IMG/VR virus record: IMGVR_UViG_3300003465_000003
Location: 35,794-99,793 of that record
Length of the DNA: 64,000 nucleotides
Origin: a virus
Direction: 5' to 3' (one strand)
Shown here: positions 1 to 10,153 of the stretch, one piece after another
Position numbering within the stretch: the stretch's first letter is position 1
Layout: each line of letters starts with the position of its first letter
The notes under the pieces: generated by a model
Told to the model about the DNA's origin: nothing
What the model saw: only the letters and a program-made list of their open reading frames with translations
Database searches by the model: none
Program-made: the position numbers and the translations under genes

Positions 1-202
1 GAGACATGTTTGACTTTCGTCTTAATCTTATTACCAGATACGTATTCTACACCATCTATAAAACCTAGTGCCTTCTCATAACCCTTGTCGTGGTAGTAGT
101 CACCATACGTCTTCAATAGCTCACTACCCCCCTTTATATGGATCTGCCAATAATCTCCTTCATGTTTGCGATCTGATTTTGGGTAATGGAATTCTATAGT
201 GA

Positions 203-571
203 TCACTCGCCCTCCGCTGGAACAATCCAACCCTTCTGCGTTCTATATTCAACCTTAAGATTATCAGGTTGCATCAGTTCTTCTACTCGCTCATCAATAC
301 TCTTATGCTCAGTCATTAGGCTAGCACGCAGTTTGGCCCATGATTGAAATGTCTTACTCTCTGCCATCCTACGAAAGGCAAGCTCTTTGTTCTTTTGTTG
401 ACTACGGGTGTCCACTGCGCGCCCTACTGCGCCAGAGTGTTTATGTAGAATACGAACTCCTGTATTGGATGTATCTTTCCCACTTCCCCCGTGTCCACCT
501 ACTGTAAATGTCTGGACTTCGCAGTCTTTAATTGTTACGGAAAATAATGGTTTACAATTGTTCTTCGCCAT
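203..571 (-). CDS. RF-1-domain (release factor/ArfB/PrfH-like) peptidyl-tRNA hydrolase homolog with GGS in place of GGQ
   Basis: TFTVGGHGGSGKDTSNTGVRILHKHSGAVG...RSQQKNKELA aligns without gaps to the RF1 domain-3 pattern [27 protein letters not shown]...RSQHKNK. Confidence 0.8.
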   Translation of the reverse strand: MAKNNCKPLFSVTIKDCEVQTFTVGGHGGSGKDTSNTGVRILHKHSGAVGRAVDTRSQQKNKELAFRRMAESKTFQSWAKLRASLMTEHKSIDERVEELMQPDNLKVEYRTQKGWIVPAEGE

Positions 572-1241
572 TTCTAACCTTAGGCGGGACTAGTTGTTTT
601 AATATAGCCCGTATAATATCGCACTGACCACAGTTCCCAGCTTCATCAAGCGACCCGCAACCCACATGGGCTATCAGATCACTAATATGGTGCAGTTTAT
701 TCTTTGCCATTATATCTCACGCCCTATCTTTTTGCAGCCTAATTTGTATAATTCGTGAAGATGTTTCTTTACTAAAACCAGATCCTCGTCACTTGCATCT
801 TCAAATGGTATAGTGCGCTCATAACCTTTAGCAATTCTATCACGTTGCCATTGTTCACTTGATATGTCGTGTATAGCAGCAATGATATGACTTAATTCTA
901 AGTTATCATCTTCGCATACACTATGCGCTACGGCATTACCAGCGTCTCTATGCTCTTCCATGAAGGCTTGATTTAGGTCGTAGATTTCATCATCACCATA
1001 ATATTCGCGTAGGTCTTCACGACAAGCATCACACATAGCATTTATTCCTTATATCCAAACTGCCTTTCCCACTCTTCGCGCTCCCATTGACGTTGCGCCT
1101 CACGCTCTTCCTGCCTTCGTATCTCTTCCTCATTAAATTCGCAATTAAAACAACGCTCATCGTAACCGTTGAAGGTTGGGCATAAGGCATTATGTTGGTC
1201 ACACCTGAATTCTGCTTGACAATCTATACATATATGCCAAG

Positions 1242-1961
1242 TTAGATCACACATAGTTCCTCCAACGCACTTTCCCAACTGTAATACTCAGGCTCCACAA
1301 CCTGCTGTTCCCCACTCGCTATCTTTAACGCTTCTTGCCCATGTTGGACAAGCGCGGGTTGTCGAAGGATAAACGCCGGATGCGGGGCAAACACCCACTT
1401 TTTACCATCCTTCATATACTCTCTGCCTATACGGCCCATTACCCCCTTTAGATCACGTCCTAATCGTTTATCAGACGCATCTTCCGCCTCCAGTTCCTCC
1501 CGGAAAAAACACCGTTGCGGACTATCACCGAACAAGACGACAGTGTGTATGGATTCAGGAAATGAATCGTATACCCTGCATTGGGCTTCGGCAAGTAGCT
1601 TCTCTTCCCCCCTAGGATACGGTCTGCCTTGAACCTCTGGAGGTAAGCATCTAAGGGTGTTCGCATACATTATCTCCCCACGTTCTTTAGCAAGCTGAAT
1701 ACGAGGCACAGCGCGTATCAGCCAATTATCCAATACGAATCCTGCCTTGCCTACGAATGGTTCGCCCTTTAGAATCTCGTTCTTTCCAGGCGCTTCTCCC
1801 ATCAGCAAATATTTAGCCTGCTTCTGTGCCTTACGGTCTGGACAAAATCCCTGTCCTTTGTCTTTAAGGGGGCACCCCTCACACCCATTAGGCTTTAGCA
1901 ATTGTTCTCCAATATCTCGTAATCTGGCGGCAAGCGATTTGGGAAACACCATACTGCCCAT
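1242..1961 (-). CDS. Uracil-DNA glycosylase, family 4-like
   Basis: CEGCPL, GEAPGKNE, EPFVGKAG, NTLRCLPP and HPAFILR motifs. Confidence 0.9.
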   Translation of the reverse strand: MGSMVFPKSLAARLRDIGEQLLKPNGCEGCPLKDKGQGFCPDRKAQKQAKYLLMGEAPGKNEILKGEPFVGKAGFVLDNWLIRAVPRIQLAKERGEIMYANTLRCLPPEVQGRPYPRGEEKLLAEAQCRVYDSFPESIHTVVLFGDSPQRCFFREELEAEDASDKRLGRDLKGVMGRIGREYMKDGKKWVFAPHPAFILRQPALVQHGQEALKIASGEQQVVEPEYYSWESALEELCVI

Positions 1962-2305
1962 GCTGCTCCCTTAGGTCCGGCCAATACATAACCCAGTTCT
2001 TTAGCCGCCCTGCGTTCCCAATTAGGTTTTATCCAGTAACCGCCTATAACTCTGCCATAGCGAACGCACCTGTCATATTCTAGCTCAGCACACCTATTAC
2101 AAAATAGGTCATCCTCTGGTGGTTCTAGATCCCCATAACTTCCAAATGGAACACCGCTATCCGCAACTTTGCAGAACCTGCCGCATACACAACATTTTGG
2201 AGTCTGCAAATATTTACTCATTTTACACCAACATTAATGTAATTGCAAGTATAAACAATGCGCCAACTGTTCCACCAATAGAATATACCTTAATTGTTTC
2301 CGCCA

Positions 2306-2656
2306 TTATTCTCCTTTTCCGTATAAATGTAAATGTCCAGTTATTTCGTTAATCTCTTCATCTTCTGCGGGACCAATGCCGAGTCCTGTTATAGTTCCCG
2401 GCGTTACCTCGGTCCTGCCTTCATCACAGATAAGTGCGGCAGGCAAATATCTGGAGACGGCCGTCTTGTATAGGGAAATAAGGATGTCCTGCCCGTATAC
2501 ACCTAACACAATCTTTGTAGTCCCTGTTCGGCCCCATTCATCTAAATCATCTTTAGATGTCAGATTACATGCTGCTACTGCGGCATGGGCTGCTTGAGAT
2601 GCTAATTTGCCAGGGGACATTCCCAAATCCTCCCGCATCACTAATACTTGCTTCAT
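2306..2656 (-). CDS. pth2: Peptidyl-tRNA hydrolase, Pth2 family
   Basis: KQVLVMREDLGMSPGKLASQAAHA, KIVL, DEGRTEV.PGTITGLGIGP, ITGHLHL: canonical PTH2 signature. Confidence 0.93.
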   Translation of the reverse strand: MKQVLVMREDLGMSPGKLASQAAHAAVAACNLTSKDDLDEWGRTGTTKIVLGVYGQDILISLYKTAVSRYLPAALICDEGRTEVTPGTITGLGIGPAEDEEINEITGHLHLYGKGE

Positions 2657-2875
2657 GACAACCTATTTTTTATCTCATTTAGCTGCTGCATAATGACTGT
2701 AAAACCAACAACTATAGTTAACCAATCAAAAAATGCCATATTATTAACCAAAATTTGGTGCCGGCGCAAGCTGCATACAGTATAGGCACTAGGTTGTGAT
2801 GGGCAGCACAGAGCCTAGATTTTTATTACAGCTTACACCGACGTATTGCCCACTAAATATCTTTGCTAAGAGTAA

Positions 2876-2899
2876 GGGCGGCACCCTTCGATGCCGCCC
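2876..2899. terminator. GC-rich hairpin, probable intrinsic terminator
   Basis: GGGCGGCA-cccttcga-TGCCGCCC, downstream of the minus-strand ORF ending at 2986. Confidence 0.55.
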
Positions 2900-3388
2900 C
2901 TTGTTGGACTATTTTCTGCACTCACCAACTGAGTGGATCTCCTCTCTAGGTGATTCAATCCTCAAGAGGTGCTCGAATAAAATTGTTAATCTTCATCAGC
3001 GTTATCTAAGAACTCGTGTAACGCACTACTAGCTTTCTGGTAAGCTTCCACCAGTTTCCTGAAACGCTTATCTGTAATATCGTCCAGATTTATATGATCA
3101 TTAAAGAAGTAATCAAAACCTTCAATATCATATATCTTGGACAATAGTTCAGACTTGTTATAACCCTTTATTAACATATTGGTATATTGTGGGTTGCCGA
3201 GTTGCGCTCGCCCACTGGAGCCTTCTATCACATCACCCGACTGATGGGTTGAACTGTTATCGCTGGTTGGTTTCAACTAACGGGATTGTTTACAGCGCCC
3301 GTAATCAAATGGTGCGGTATTTTTGTCAATCTGGCTGAAGTTCCCCGCCCTCTTCAGTTCAGTTAGGCGCTACCTAACCTCTTCTAGC

Positions 3389-4003
3389 TTACTGAACCGG
3401 AACTCGCTTTGGCTCGTAGTCTTGGAAGTCTCCGATTTCCTTATACTTCCCTTCCGAACGCTTGTCCGGCTGGATTCGGAAATACGCGGTCTTACCAAAC
3501 AACGGAGTCAAGTCAAGACCACCATCATCGGAACGATGGAACTGACGGACGCCAGCGATCTTCTGCAGCTTGGCCAACCGAGTCAAGGTCATGAAGGAGC
3601 GGAATAGGCCAGGACCAAATTCCGTGCCGTTTTCCTTGTTCTCCTGTCGTGCCTTGGCCACAGCCTGCACTACCTCAGCGGTTAGATCCTCTGGCTTATA
3701 GTTGATCAAGGTGCTGAGATTGAACGTGCGGCCATCAGACCAGCGCTTCAACTCTACCTGCAGCCGGATGTTCCGACCACTGCGCTGCGCTGGTGTATCC
3801 GATGACTCAAATACCCGCTCATTACCATTGTTATCTGTGAACTCACGCTTTGCCAAGATTGTGCCCTGATACCAACCATCGGCAAGTGGTTCCGGACGCT
3901 GGTCCTCTACTGCGCTAAGATCGGGGATATCCAACAAACTCAATACTGATTCACTCATGTTTACGATTTCTCCAGTTTCTGTGTTTACCGTTTCTGTGTA
4001 CAA
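3389..4003 (-). CDS. Putative phage ssDNA-binding protein (DUF669-like)
   Basis: Follows the SSAP and exonuclease genes; EPLADGWYQGTI N-terminal pattern; aromatic/basic C-terminus. Confidence 0.4.
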   Translation of the reverse strand: MYTETVNTETGEIVNMSESVLSLLDIPDLSAVEDQRPEPLADGWYQGTILAKREFTDNNGNERVFESSDTPAQRSGRNIRLQVELKRWSDGRTFNLSTLINYKPEDLTAEVVQAVAKARQENKENGTEFGPGLFRSFMTLTRLAKLQKIAGVRQFHRSDDGGLDLTPLFGKTAYFRIQPDKRSEGKYKEIGDFQDYEPKRVPVQ

Positions 4004-4072
4004 CGTTTTTACTCCAAATGGGTTTAGTCTATACGTGTTTACCTTATTTATGTGTGCAGTATGTTATCCTCC

Positions 4073-4747
4073 TTAATCGTCAACCACCATATCCGATGCG
4101 CCTGTTCCAAGCGCAAGTGAAATTGCCTTCTCACAACTCCGAGTCTGTAGCATATGTAACGGCTTGGCCTGCCACACAGGACTCTTTGAAACAAACCATT
4201 CACTTAGCCACGCTGTATACTCGGAGAACTCCTGATTCTTGGGGTCGCCTACGCGAATAGAGCACTTTATACCAATGTCTTTGGTAAAACCAGCTTGCTT
4301 CGCGCTCTGCGCGGTATCACTCATCTTAGCCAGCTTATCCCACGTGCGCTCCAACTCTTCAAACTTGGGAGGTCCAAGGTCAATACCCTTGTTCCGCGCC
4401 ACCTGCTTTTTACCCTCAAGTGTAAGGTTAACTGTTGCCCTATTAGGATCAAACCAAACCTCACTACTGAACGGTGACACACCCAATTCGTAACAGCGTG
4501 TGGCAAATAGGATAGCCTGCTTGAAGCTCAAATACATTGTTCCACCCTGAGACTGGAATGGCTTCTGCATAATTAACACGGCCAATTGCGGTGGTGTTAG
4601 CTGTTTCCAGTCCAGACCTTTCATATCCTTCATAACATTCAGGAGTGGCTTGTCCTGGTCCTTAACCATTGCACCAATGTCAGCGTCTCGCTTTGCTAAC
4701 GCTTCTTCATTGACGACTTCACCTTCTCTTACTTCTACTGCACTCAT
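4073..4747 (-). CDS. Putative single-strand annealing recombinase (RecT/Bet-like)
   Basis: LGVSPFSSEVWF and SPVWQAKPLHMLQTRSCEKAI resemble RecT/Bet motifs; adjacent to exonuclease. Confidence 0.6.
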   Translation of the reverse strand: MSAVEVREGEVVNEEALAKRDADIGAMVKDQDKPLLNVMKDMKGLDWKQLTPPQLAVLIMQKPFQSQGGTMYLSFKQAILFATRCYELGVSPFSSEVWFDPNRATVNLTLEGKKQVARNKGIDLGPPKFEELERTWDKLAKMSDTAQSAKQAGFTKDIGIKCSIRVGDPKNQEFSEYTAWLSEWFVSKSPVWQAKPLHMLQTRSCEKAISLALGTGASDMVVDD

Positions 4748-4772
4748 TCATTTACCTCGTATCAGTGTTTGT

Positions 4773-5588
4773 CTATTTGCGTCTTTCTCTCTGTTTAAAT
4801 CCATACTTTGTAAAATCGTTTAAGCCGTCAGTGCATAACGCCTCAAACTGGCACATGCTTGTTATGCCCTTAGTTACTAGACAACAACCATCTGGATGAC
4901 ATGGGTAATTGTTTATATCGTCACCAAGACTATGTATGTAGTCTGCCAGTTTGTTAAGTTCCTGTTCCCATCCAGCCAACTGCTCTGCGCTTACTAATGA
5001 TACTGGACCTCGGAACAAGCCGTGTGGTGCGTCCTTAAATGCGAATTCTATTTGCCTCCCCTTAGCTTTAGCGAGCACGCAGTATAGCTTAACCTGTATA
5101 CTATTCTCCACCTTCCAAAGCTGTCCAGCGAGTTGCGGTGAACGAGAGGTAGATTTCACTTCGTGAACAATTCCATCCTCACTTAACCCGTCAAGGTAGC
5201 CTAGGAATCTGTCATTCTCTAAGAATAGCTCTGACTGGCTCTTTGTTCTCGCCCCATCATCTGGGCTGAATGTTTGATAATACGCATGACCCCAGGTTTC
5301 TAATGCTTTCGTTAGTCTATCCTTCGCTTTCTCTGGGACCCATCCATCGGTTTGATTATTCCAATCCTCCAGCGTTTTATCAAGGTTCTCCTTTTCTGCT
5401 ACTTCATTGTAGAATCTATGAACGAATTCAGCCCAGATGATACCGCACAGTTTATCGTGATCGTAGGTTGCGACACTCTGTTGTATCGGTGTTAGCTTAG
5501 CTATATAACTCCAATAATACGCTTTTGGAGATCGTAAGAATGTATTTAATGCAGATGCAGATAGCTTACGTCTAGAATTCTGTTCCAA
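4773..5588 (-). CDS. PD-(D/E)xK exonuclease (Cas4/RecB-like)
   Basis: LSASALNTF..SPKAY, GYLDGL, HEVKST, Q..LY and C-terminal cysteines. Confidence 0.8.
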   Translation of the reverse strand: MEQNSRRKLSASALNTFLRSPKAYYWSYIAKLTPIQQSVATYDHDKLCGIIWAEFVHRFYNEVAEKENLDKTLEDWNNQTDGWVPEKAKDRLTKALETWGHAYYQTFSPDDGARTKSQSELFLENDRFLGYLDGLSEDGIVHEVKSTSRSPQLAGQLWKVENSIQVKLYCVLAKAKGRQIEFAFKDAPHGLFRGPVSLVSAEQLAGWEQELNKLADYIHSLGDDINNYPCHPDGCCLVTKGITSMCQFEALCTDGLNDFTKYGFKQRERRK

Positions 5589-6045
5589 TGTATTCCTTGA
5601 TATTGCCCAAGTTCCTTTCCAACCACCCTAACTTACTATTACACGACTTACACAATATCCCTCTAACTTTTCCAGTTTTATGGCAATGATCTAGACAAGG
5701 TTTTAGACTATCGTCAAAATTTCTACTGCATATTTTGCAGCTTGGTGTGTCTCGCAATAGCGCATCATATTCATCCCTACTTATTTTGTAATAATGTTCT
5801 AGCGCCCAATTCATTGCCCGAGCCTGCATTAATCGCTTATTGGACCTATAATGCGCTCTTCGTCTGGCGTTTATCTCTTCCCTATTGTTTTCCAGATACA
5901 CTTGCTGCCTTTTCCTACGTGTATCTCCATGCCTCAGATGATATTTTTTAGCCGCTTCTAGAATCTTATCTCTATTGCGTAAGTAATATTGTCTTCTATA
6001 TTCCTTTGTTGTAGCACCACCCATTAGTACACCTGTTCCACACAC
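5572..6045 (-). CDS. Endonuclease VII-family HNH endonuclease
   Basis: CKIC...LDHCHKTGKVRGILCKSCN after a basic helical N-terminus. Confidence 0.9.
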   Translation of the reverse strand: MCGTGVLMGGATTKEYRRQYYLRNRDKILEAAKKYHLRHGDTRRKRQQVYLENNREEINARRRAHYRSNKRLMQARAMNWALEHYYKISRDEYDALLRDTPSCKICSRNFDDSLKPCLDHCHKTGKVRGILCKSCNSKLGWLERNLGNIKEYIGTEF

Positions 6046-6278
6046 TTTACTTCTAGGCAGGACGCTCCACCTAAGGACTTTAGAACTTGATACTCAGCCT
6101 TTTTGTAAGCTGCTTCAAGATCGTTCGCTTCTACACGTAACTTTATGCTGGTCGCCCGCCATTGACACTTAAATATCCAACAGTGCTCTGGCGAGCGATT
6201 CGGTTTCTGTTTACTTGACATCGGAATAGAAAGAAGCGTATCACAACTTTCCAGATTTGTCAAGAATTTTATGCTCCA

Positions 6279-7331
6279 CTAGGCAGAATCTTCTGCCGGA
6301 TAAAATGCGGTTGGCATGTTGCGCGCTGCGGAACTGAATCCCATGTTCTTCCGCTTGAATTCATCCCCGGACTTCACAGCTGATGCCATGTCCTTAAGCC
6401 GGGCCACAACATCTTCGTATGGCTGCTCAAGGCAATATACGGCAGCCACTAGCTCACGCAGATGAGCAATAGACATAGTTCTTGTGTCTGCAACCCACCG
6501 TGTAAGATCATTTGAAGATAATGTTCCGTCTGTAGCTCGTACCAGATATGCTTTACGCGCTTCATCTGTTGGCATTCCAATTTCAATTCTACGGTCAAAT
6601 CTAGACGGTCTATTAATGATACGCGCGCCAAGCAGTTCCGGATAATTGGTGGTAGCAATATTTAGAACCTTGTCTATATTGTTTTCACCATCAAGCATGG
6701 ACAACAGGGACGCCTCGCCATTGGTAGCCTTAATCTCATCGATGTCCTCTAGAATCGTGATGAGATTACGATGCGGTTCAATAGCACGAATAGCCTTTAG
6801 CGCCAGAATAGCAAGCTGCACATTGTTAACAACAAGCACAATGCCACCACGGGACACCAGTTTGTTCATTAACAACTTGATACAAGCAGTTTTGCCGCCA
6901 CCTGGAGGGCCATACAGCAAGATGCCACGCTTAAACAATAGGCTATGTCTACGATACCGCAGCTCACTAGCCCAGAACTTTTCGGCTTCAGCAATAACAG
7001 CATTAGTAGCCATGTCTGGCAACTCATAGATCTCGTCACTGGTAATTTTCATCCGCTCTATGCCCCACATACCGGGGATTGCAAATGGCTCATAAATACC
7101 TGCTGGAACCTCTTTAATGGTTGTACCAACGGGGGAAAACTTACCGTTAGGGCCTAGCGCCCACTGCTCATAGTTATCTTCCTTCACCTTCTTTGGTTCC
7201 TCACCCGTAGCCGCAGGCTCGAGCCCAGGGATGCTAGGTTGAGCTGGCTTGCCCATTACTTCGCGGAATTCACTATCATATTGTGCGCTTTCGAGGATGG
7301 CTTCTTTATCTAGATTGTCTGTATCAGACAT
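6279..7331 (-). CDS. AAA+ ATPase
   Basis: RGILLYGPPGGGKT Walker A, ILEDID Walker B, ATTNYPE...RPSRFDR second region of homology. Confidence 0.92.
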   Translation of the reverse strand: MSDTDNLDKEAILESAQYDSEFREVMGKPAQPSIPGLEPAATGEEPKKVKEDNYEQWALGPNGKFSPVGTTIKEVPAGIYEPFAIPGMWGIERMKITSDEIYELPDMATNAVIAEAEKFWASELRYRRHSLLFKRGILLYGPPGGGKTACIKLLMNKLVSRGGIVLVVNNVQLAILALKAIRAIEPHRNLITILEDIDEIKATNGEASLLSMLDGENNIDKVLNIATTNYPELLGARIINRPSRFDRRIEIGMPTDEARKAYLVRATDGTLSSNDLTRWVADTRTMSIAHLRELVAAVYCLEQPYEDVVARLKDMASAVKSGDEFKRKNMGFSSAARNMPTAFYPAEDSA

Positions 7332-7334
7332 GGG

Positions 7335-7649
7335 CTACTCCGTATATTTATACAGTATATATTGCTTTTTGCCGGTTATCTTTATTGCTGCGAATTGAGA
7401 GAATGATTCGGGTTTGAATATAAGTGTCTCCCGCACTTTCTTTATAATAGGATTAACCTTATCAGTTTTACATACCTTACATTGGAACAGGGCTACTTGT
7501 GGGCCTTGCTCAGACTCGCGCAATGCGATAAGATCGTACACTCCATGAGAGCCGCTAGCTCGTGTCACTAACCAACCTTGAGATTCTAGATCTTTCTTAA
7601 GCTGATACTCAAATCTCCGGCCGCTCAAATAATTCTTGTTCGGCATCAA
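7335..7649 (-). CDS. Holliday junction resolvase, Hjc-like
   Basis: GRRFEYQLKKDLESQGWLVTRASGSHGVYDLIAL...QCK. Confidence 0.8.
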   Translation of the reverse strand: MMPNKNYLSGRRFEYQLKKDLESQGWLVTRASGSHGVYDLIALRESEQGPQVALFQCKVCKTDKVNPIIKKVRETLIFKPESFSQFAAIKITGKKQYILYKYTE

Positions 7650-8631
7650 ACTTTCTCCTCGCTCTACTTATCCGTGTCTGTGCAGTGCCCTCTAACATAT
7701 TGGTCTTCTCTGCTAGTACCCGTGCTCTAGCTCTATCTGTAGCATATGTGGGGTCACCAAGCAAGGACGCTATTAGTTCATCGACTTCAGCTTGATGCAT
7801 TTCTTGTTCTTTGGCTTCTGCGTCCCCCGGCCTATCTGTCTGCAATAAGACGATAGAACCTTCACTTGCAGTTGGCGGTTTAATATGTTCCCGTCTTAGC
7901 CATATGTCATCTGGTTCTTCATGATCCTTCTGCTTAGAGCAGAATAACTTTGCGTAACCCCTAAATCCATCTGGGTCCCTTGCAAGGGTGAACGCAGTGT
8001 CCATAGCACCTTGCAGTGCCGAGGAACCCCGGTATTGAAGACCGAACTCCGTGTTCTTCTTCGTGTGGTGCAGCGCCAGAATCGCCATTCCCCGCTGCCG
8101 CATTCGGTCTGCGGACTCAACCCAAAGTCCCGCATCCACCTGGCTGTTTTCGTCCCGGCCCACGAAACTGCGAGCCAGCGTATCAATAATGAGCAGCCCC
8201 GGCTCGAAGCCGTCGGCGTCCAGGTCATCCAAAAATTCCGTAACTTCCCGCGCTGCAGCGAATTGCGGCACGTCGAAGGTCACGCGGAAGTTCGAGTTCA
8301 GCTTCCGGCGCTCGTCCGGGGTCAGCCGCCGGTGCCAAACCCACGCCTCGATTCGTTTCAGCAGGCTGGCTTTGCCTTCGCCGAGCGCGTAGAGGACTCT
8401 AGACGGCTCTGTGGCGCGTCCGTTCCACGGCTTGCCCAATGCTATGGACAGCGCCCAATCTATCGCCAGAAAGCTTTTAAACGCGGCTGGCGGGCCAACG
8501 AGCATGACGAGCGCGTCCTTCTCGAATAGCCCTTCAATCAACCACTTCGGTGGAGGAAGATTGCCCAAGTCTTCCAACGTCAGGAAACGATTTTCCAAAT
8601 CTCTCCAGAAAAATATTGCGCGTCTGCCCAA
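7609..8631 (-). CDS. RecA-fold replicative helicase (AAA_25/RepA-like)
   Basis: PPKWLIEGL, GPPAAFKSF Walker A, LLIIDTLAR Walker B, LHHTKK, RGSSALQGAMD. Confidence 0.88.
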   Translation of the reverse strand: MGRRAIFFWRDLENRFLTLEDLGNLPPPKWLIEGLFEKDALVMLVGPPAAFKSFLAIDWALSIALGKPWNGRATEPSRVLYALGEGKASLLKRIEAWVWHRRLTPDERRKLNSNFRVTFDVPQFAAAREVTEFLDDLDADGFEPGLLIIDTLARSFVGRDENSQVDAGLWVESADRMRQRGMAILALHHTKKNTEFGLQYRGSSALQGAMDTAFTLARDPDGFRGYAKLFCSKQKDHEEPDDIWLRREHIKPPTASEGSIVLLQTDRPGDAEAKEQEMHQAEVDELIASLLGDPTYATDRARARVLAEKTNMLEGTAQTRISRARRKFDAEQELFERPEI

Positions 8632-8675
8632 TCAGACGCGAGTTTATGAAAGGTTTGTGGGCATGGGAAAGTGTC

Positions 8676-8704
8676 ACAGTAACAGATTTCTCTGCGGTTG
8701 TCAA
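8676..8704 (-). promoter_or_regulatory. Sigma70-type promoter upstream of the helicase
   Basis: TTGACA-17 nt-TACTGT on the minus strand. Confidence 0.6.
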
Positions 8705-8725
8705 GCGAAAAGTGTCAGTCCGAAA

Positions 8726-8848
8726 AAATTACATGGAAATTACATGCGACTCGATGTAATTCCTGTAAGTCCCGCATTTTCAACAGGTTGCAAAAAATTA
8801 CATACGCGCTACGCTAAGAGTAGAAAGACGTGTAATTGTAATTTTTCG
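8726..8848. repeat. TGTAATT/AATTACA repeat cluster A (iteron-like)
   Basis: About six copies in both orientations, plus the core ATTCCTGTAAGTCC-N4-TTTTCAAC shared with the 59.1 kb cluster. Confidence 0.65.
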
Positions 8849-8849
8849 A

Positions 8850-9188
8850 TCAGTACGAAGTACGATCCCCAGATTTCATCAACCGGGTCCAAGTCTCCAG
8901 ATTCCCCCACGCTTCCCGAACAGCCTCTGGTTTGTGAACCACCACAGGAAGGTGCTTAAAACCCGCTAGGACGGCCGCTGCGTGACGATGTGTGCCGGAC
9001 AATAGTTGTACCTTACCCCTGTGCTCATAACCCACCAGAACGGGTTTAAAAGGGTCCCAGCCGGTATCCCGAAAAGCTCGGGCCAAAGCGATAACTTGCT
9101 CCGGGCGTGTTATCTTGTGCGGTGGGATCACTGAGTCTATGAGGCATAGACGGATCTTTAACTTCTGATTCGAGGTCACTGGTAACAT
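8850..9188 (-). CDS. ParB/Srx N-terminal domain protein
   Basis: PVLV...QLLSGTHRHAAA...LPVVV. Confidence 0.75.
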   Translation of the reverse strand: MLPVTSNQKLKIRLCLIDSVIPPHKITRPEQVIALARAFRDTGWDPFKPVLVGYEHRGKVQLLSGTHRHAAAVLAGFKHLPVVVHKPEAVREAWGNLETWTRLMKSGDRTSY

Positions 9189-10153
9189 AATTATACAACC
9201 ATTCTAGTAATACTTCAGTATCTTTTTCTATATGCTTAGGTATAGATACGTACTTACTGGTGAGAACCTTTGCCATCTCTTGTTCATCAGCGTCTGGATG
9301 ACGTTGCCTAAATTTATTTAAGGCTTCAGAGATTCTGGCTGTAGCTTCAGCAGCTTTTAGATCCTGTTCATAACTCATATTCTTGCTCCGGCTCTGATTC
9401 ACTCCGCTCCGCTAAGGCTACGCTCCGTGCTTCAGAGCCTCCCTCGTCTTGCATTAGTTCTTTTAAGGTCTCTTTATCCAATACTTTACGTTTGTAATGT
9501 TTTGGTTTTGAGCATATCGCGCATTCGTTGTGCGGATGAATTTTATAGTTACTCATAATTACATAGTGTACAATATATTGTACACCAGATCTTGTACACC
9601 TGTGCCCATTTACTGCCTGACTGTATGTGATTTGATGTCTATGGTAGCATTTACAATCCTGCGTTTACATTTTGGGCACGTAGTTCCCCAGTGTCCATCA
9701 GGTTCATAATGAAGACATTTACCACATTGAACTCCACCATTCCCCTAACCATCAAGGAGGTAAGTAATAGTTGTTGTATTGTTATTCTTCATTGGCTATT
9801 TCCAACAACATATCAGCATGACAAGGCGGGCAGCCCACTCGCACTTATAACCTTTGTGTGGGGACTCCTTGCGGAATTGCTTTGCCCCACAGGTTTCCCG
9901 CCAAGATAATCAATAATTATCATTCATTGATACTAATCGAGTATTAATTAAATCAGAGATCACATTTGCCAATGTAGACACAGATAACTTATGTCTATCT
10001 ACTATGTTTTTTAATTGTTCATTCCAGTAGTCGTTAAAACATTTTTCATTGCAAAAATCTGGATAAGCACCCAACGAATTCCAAACACGTTTGCATTTCA
10101 AACAATTCGTCATACTACTCCATACAGTTAGGCCATAGTTGGGCACAGCTATA

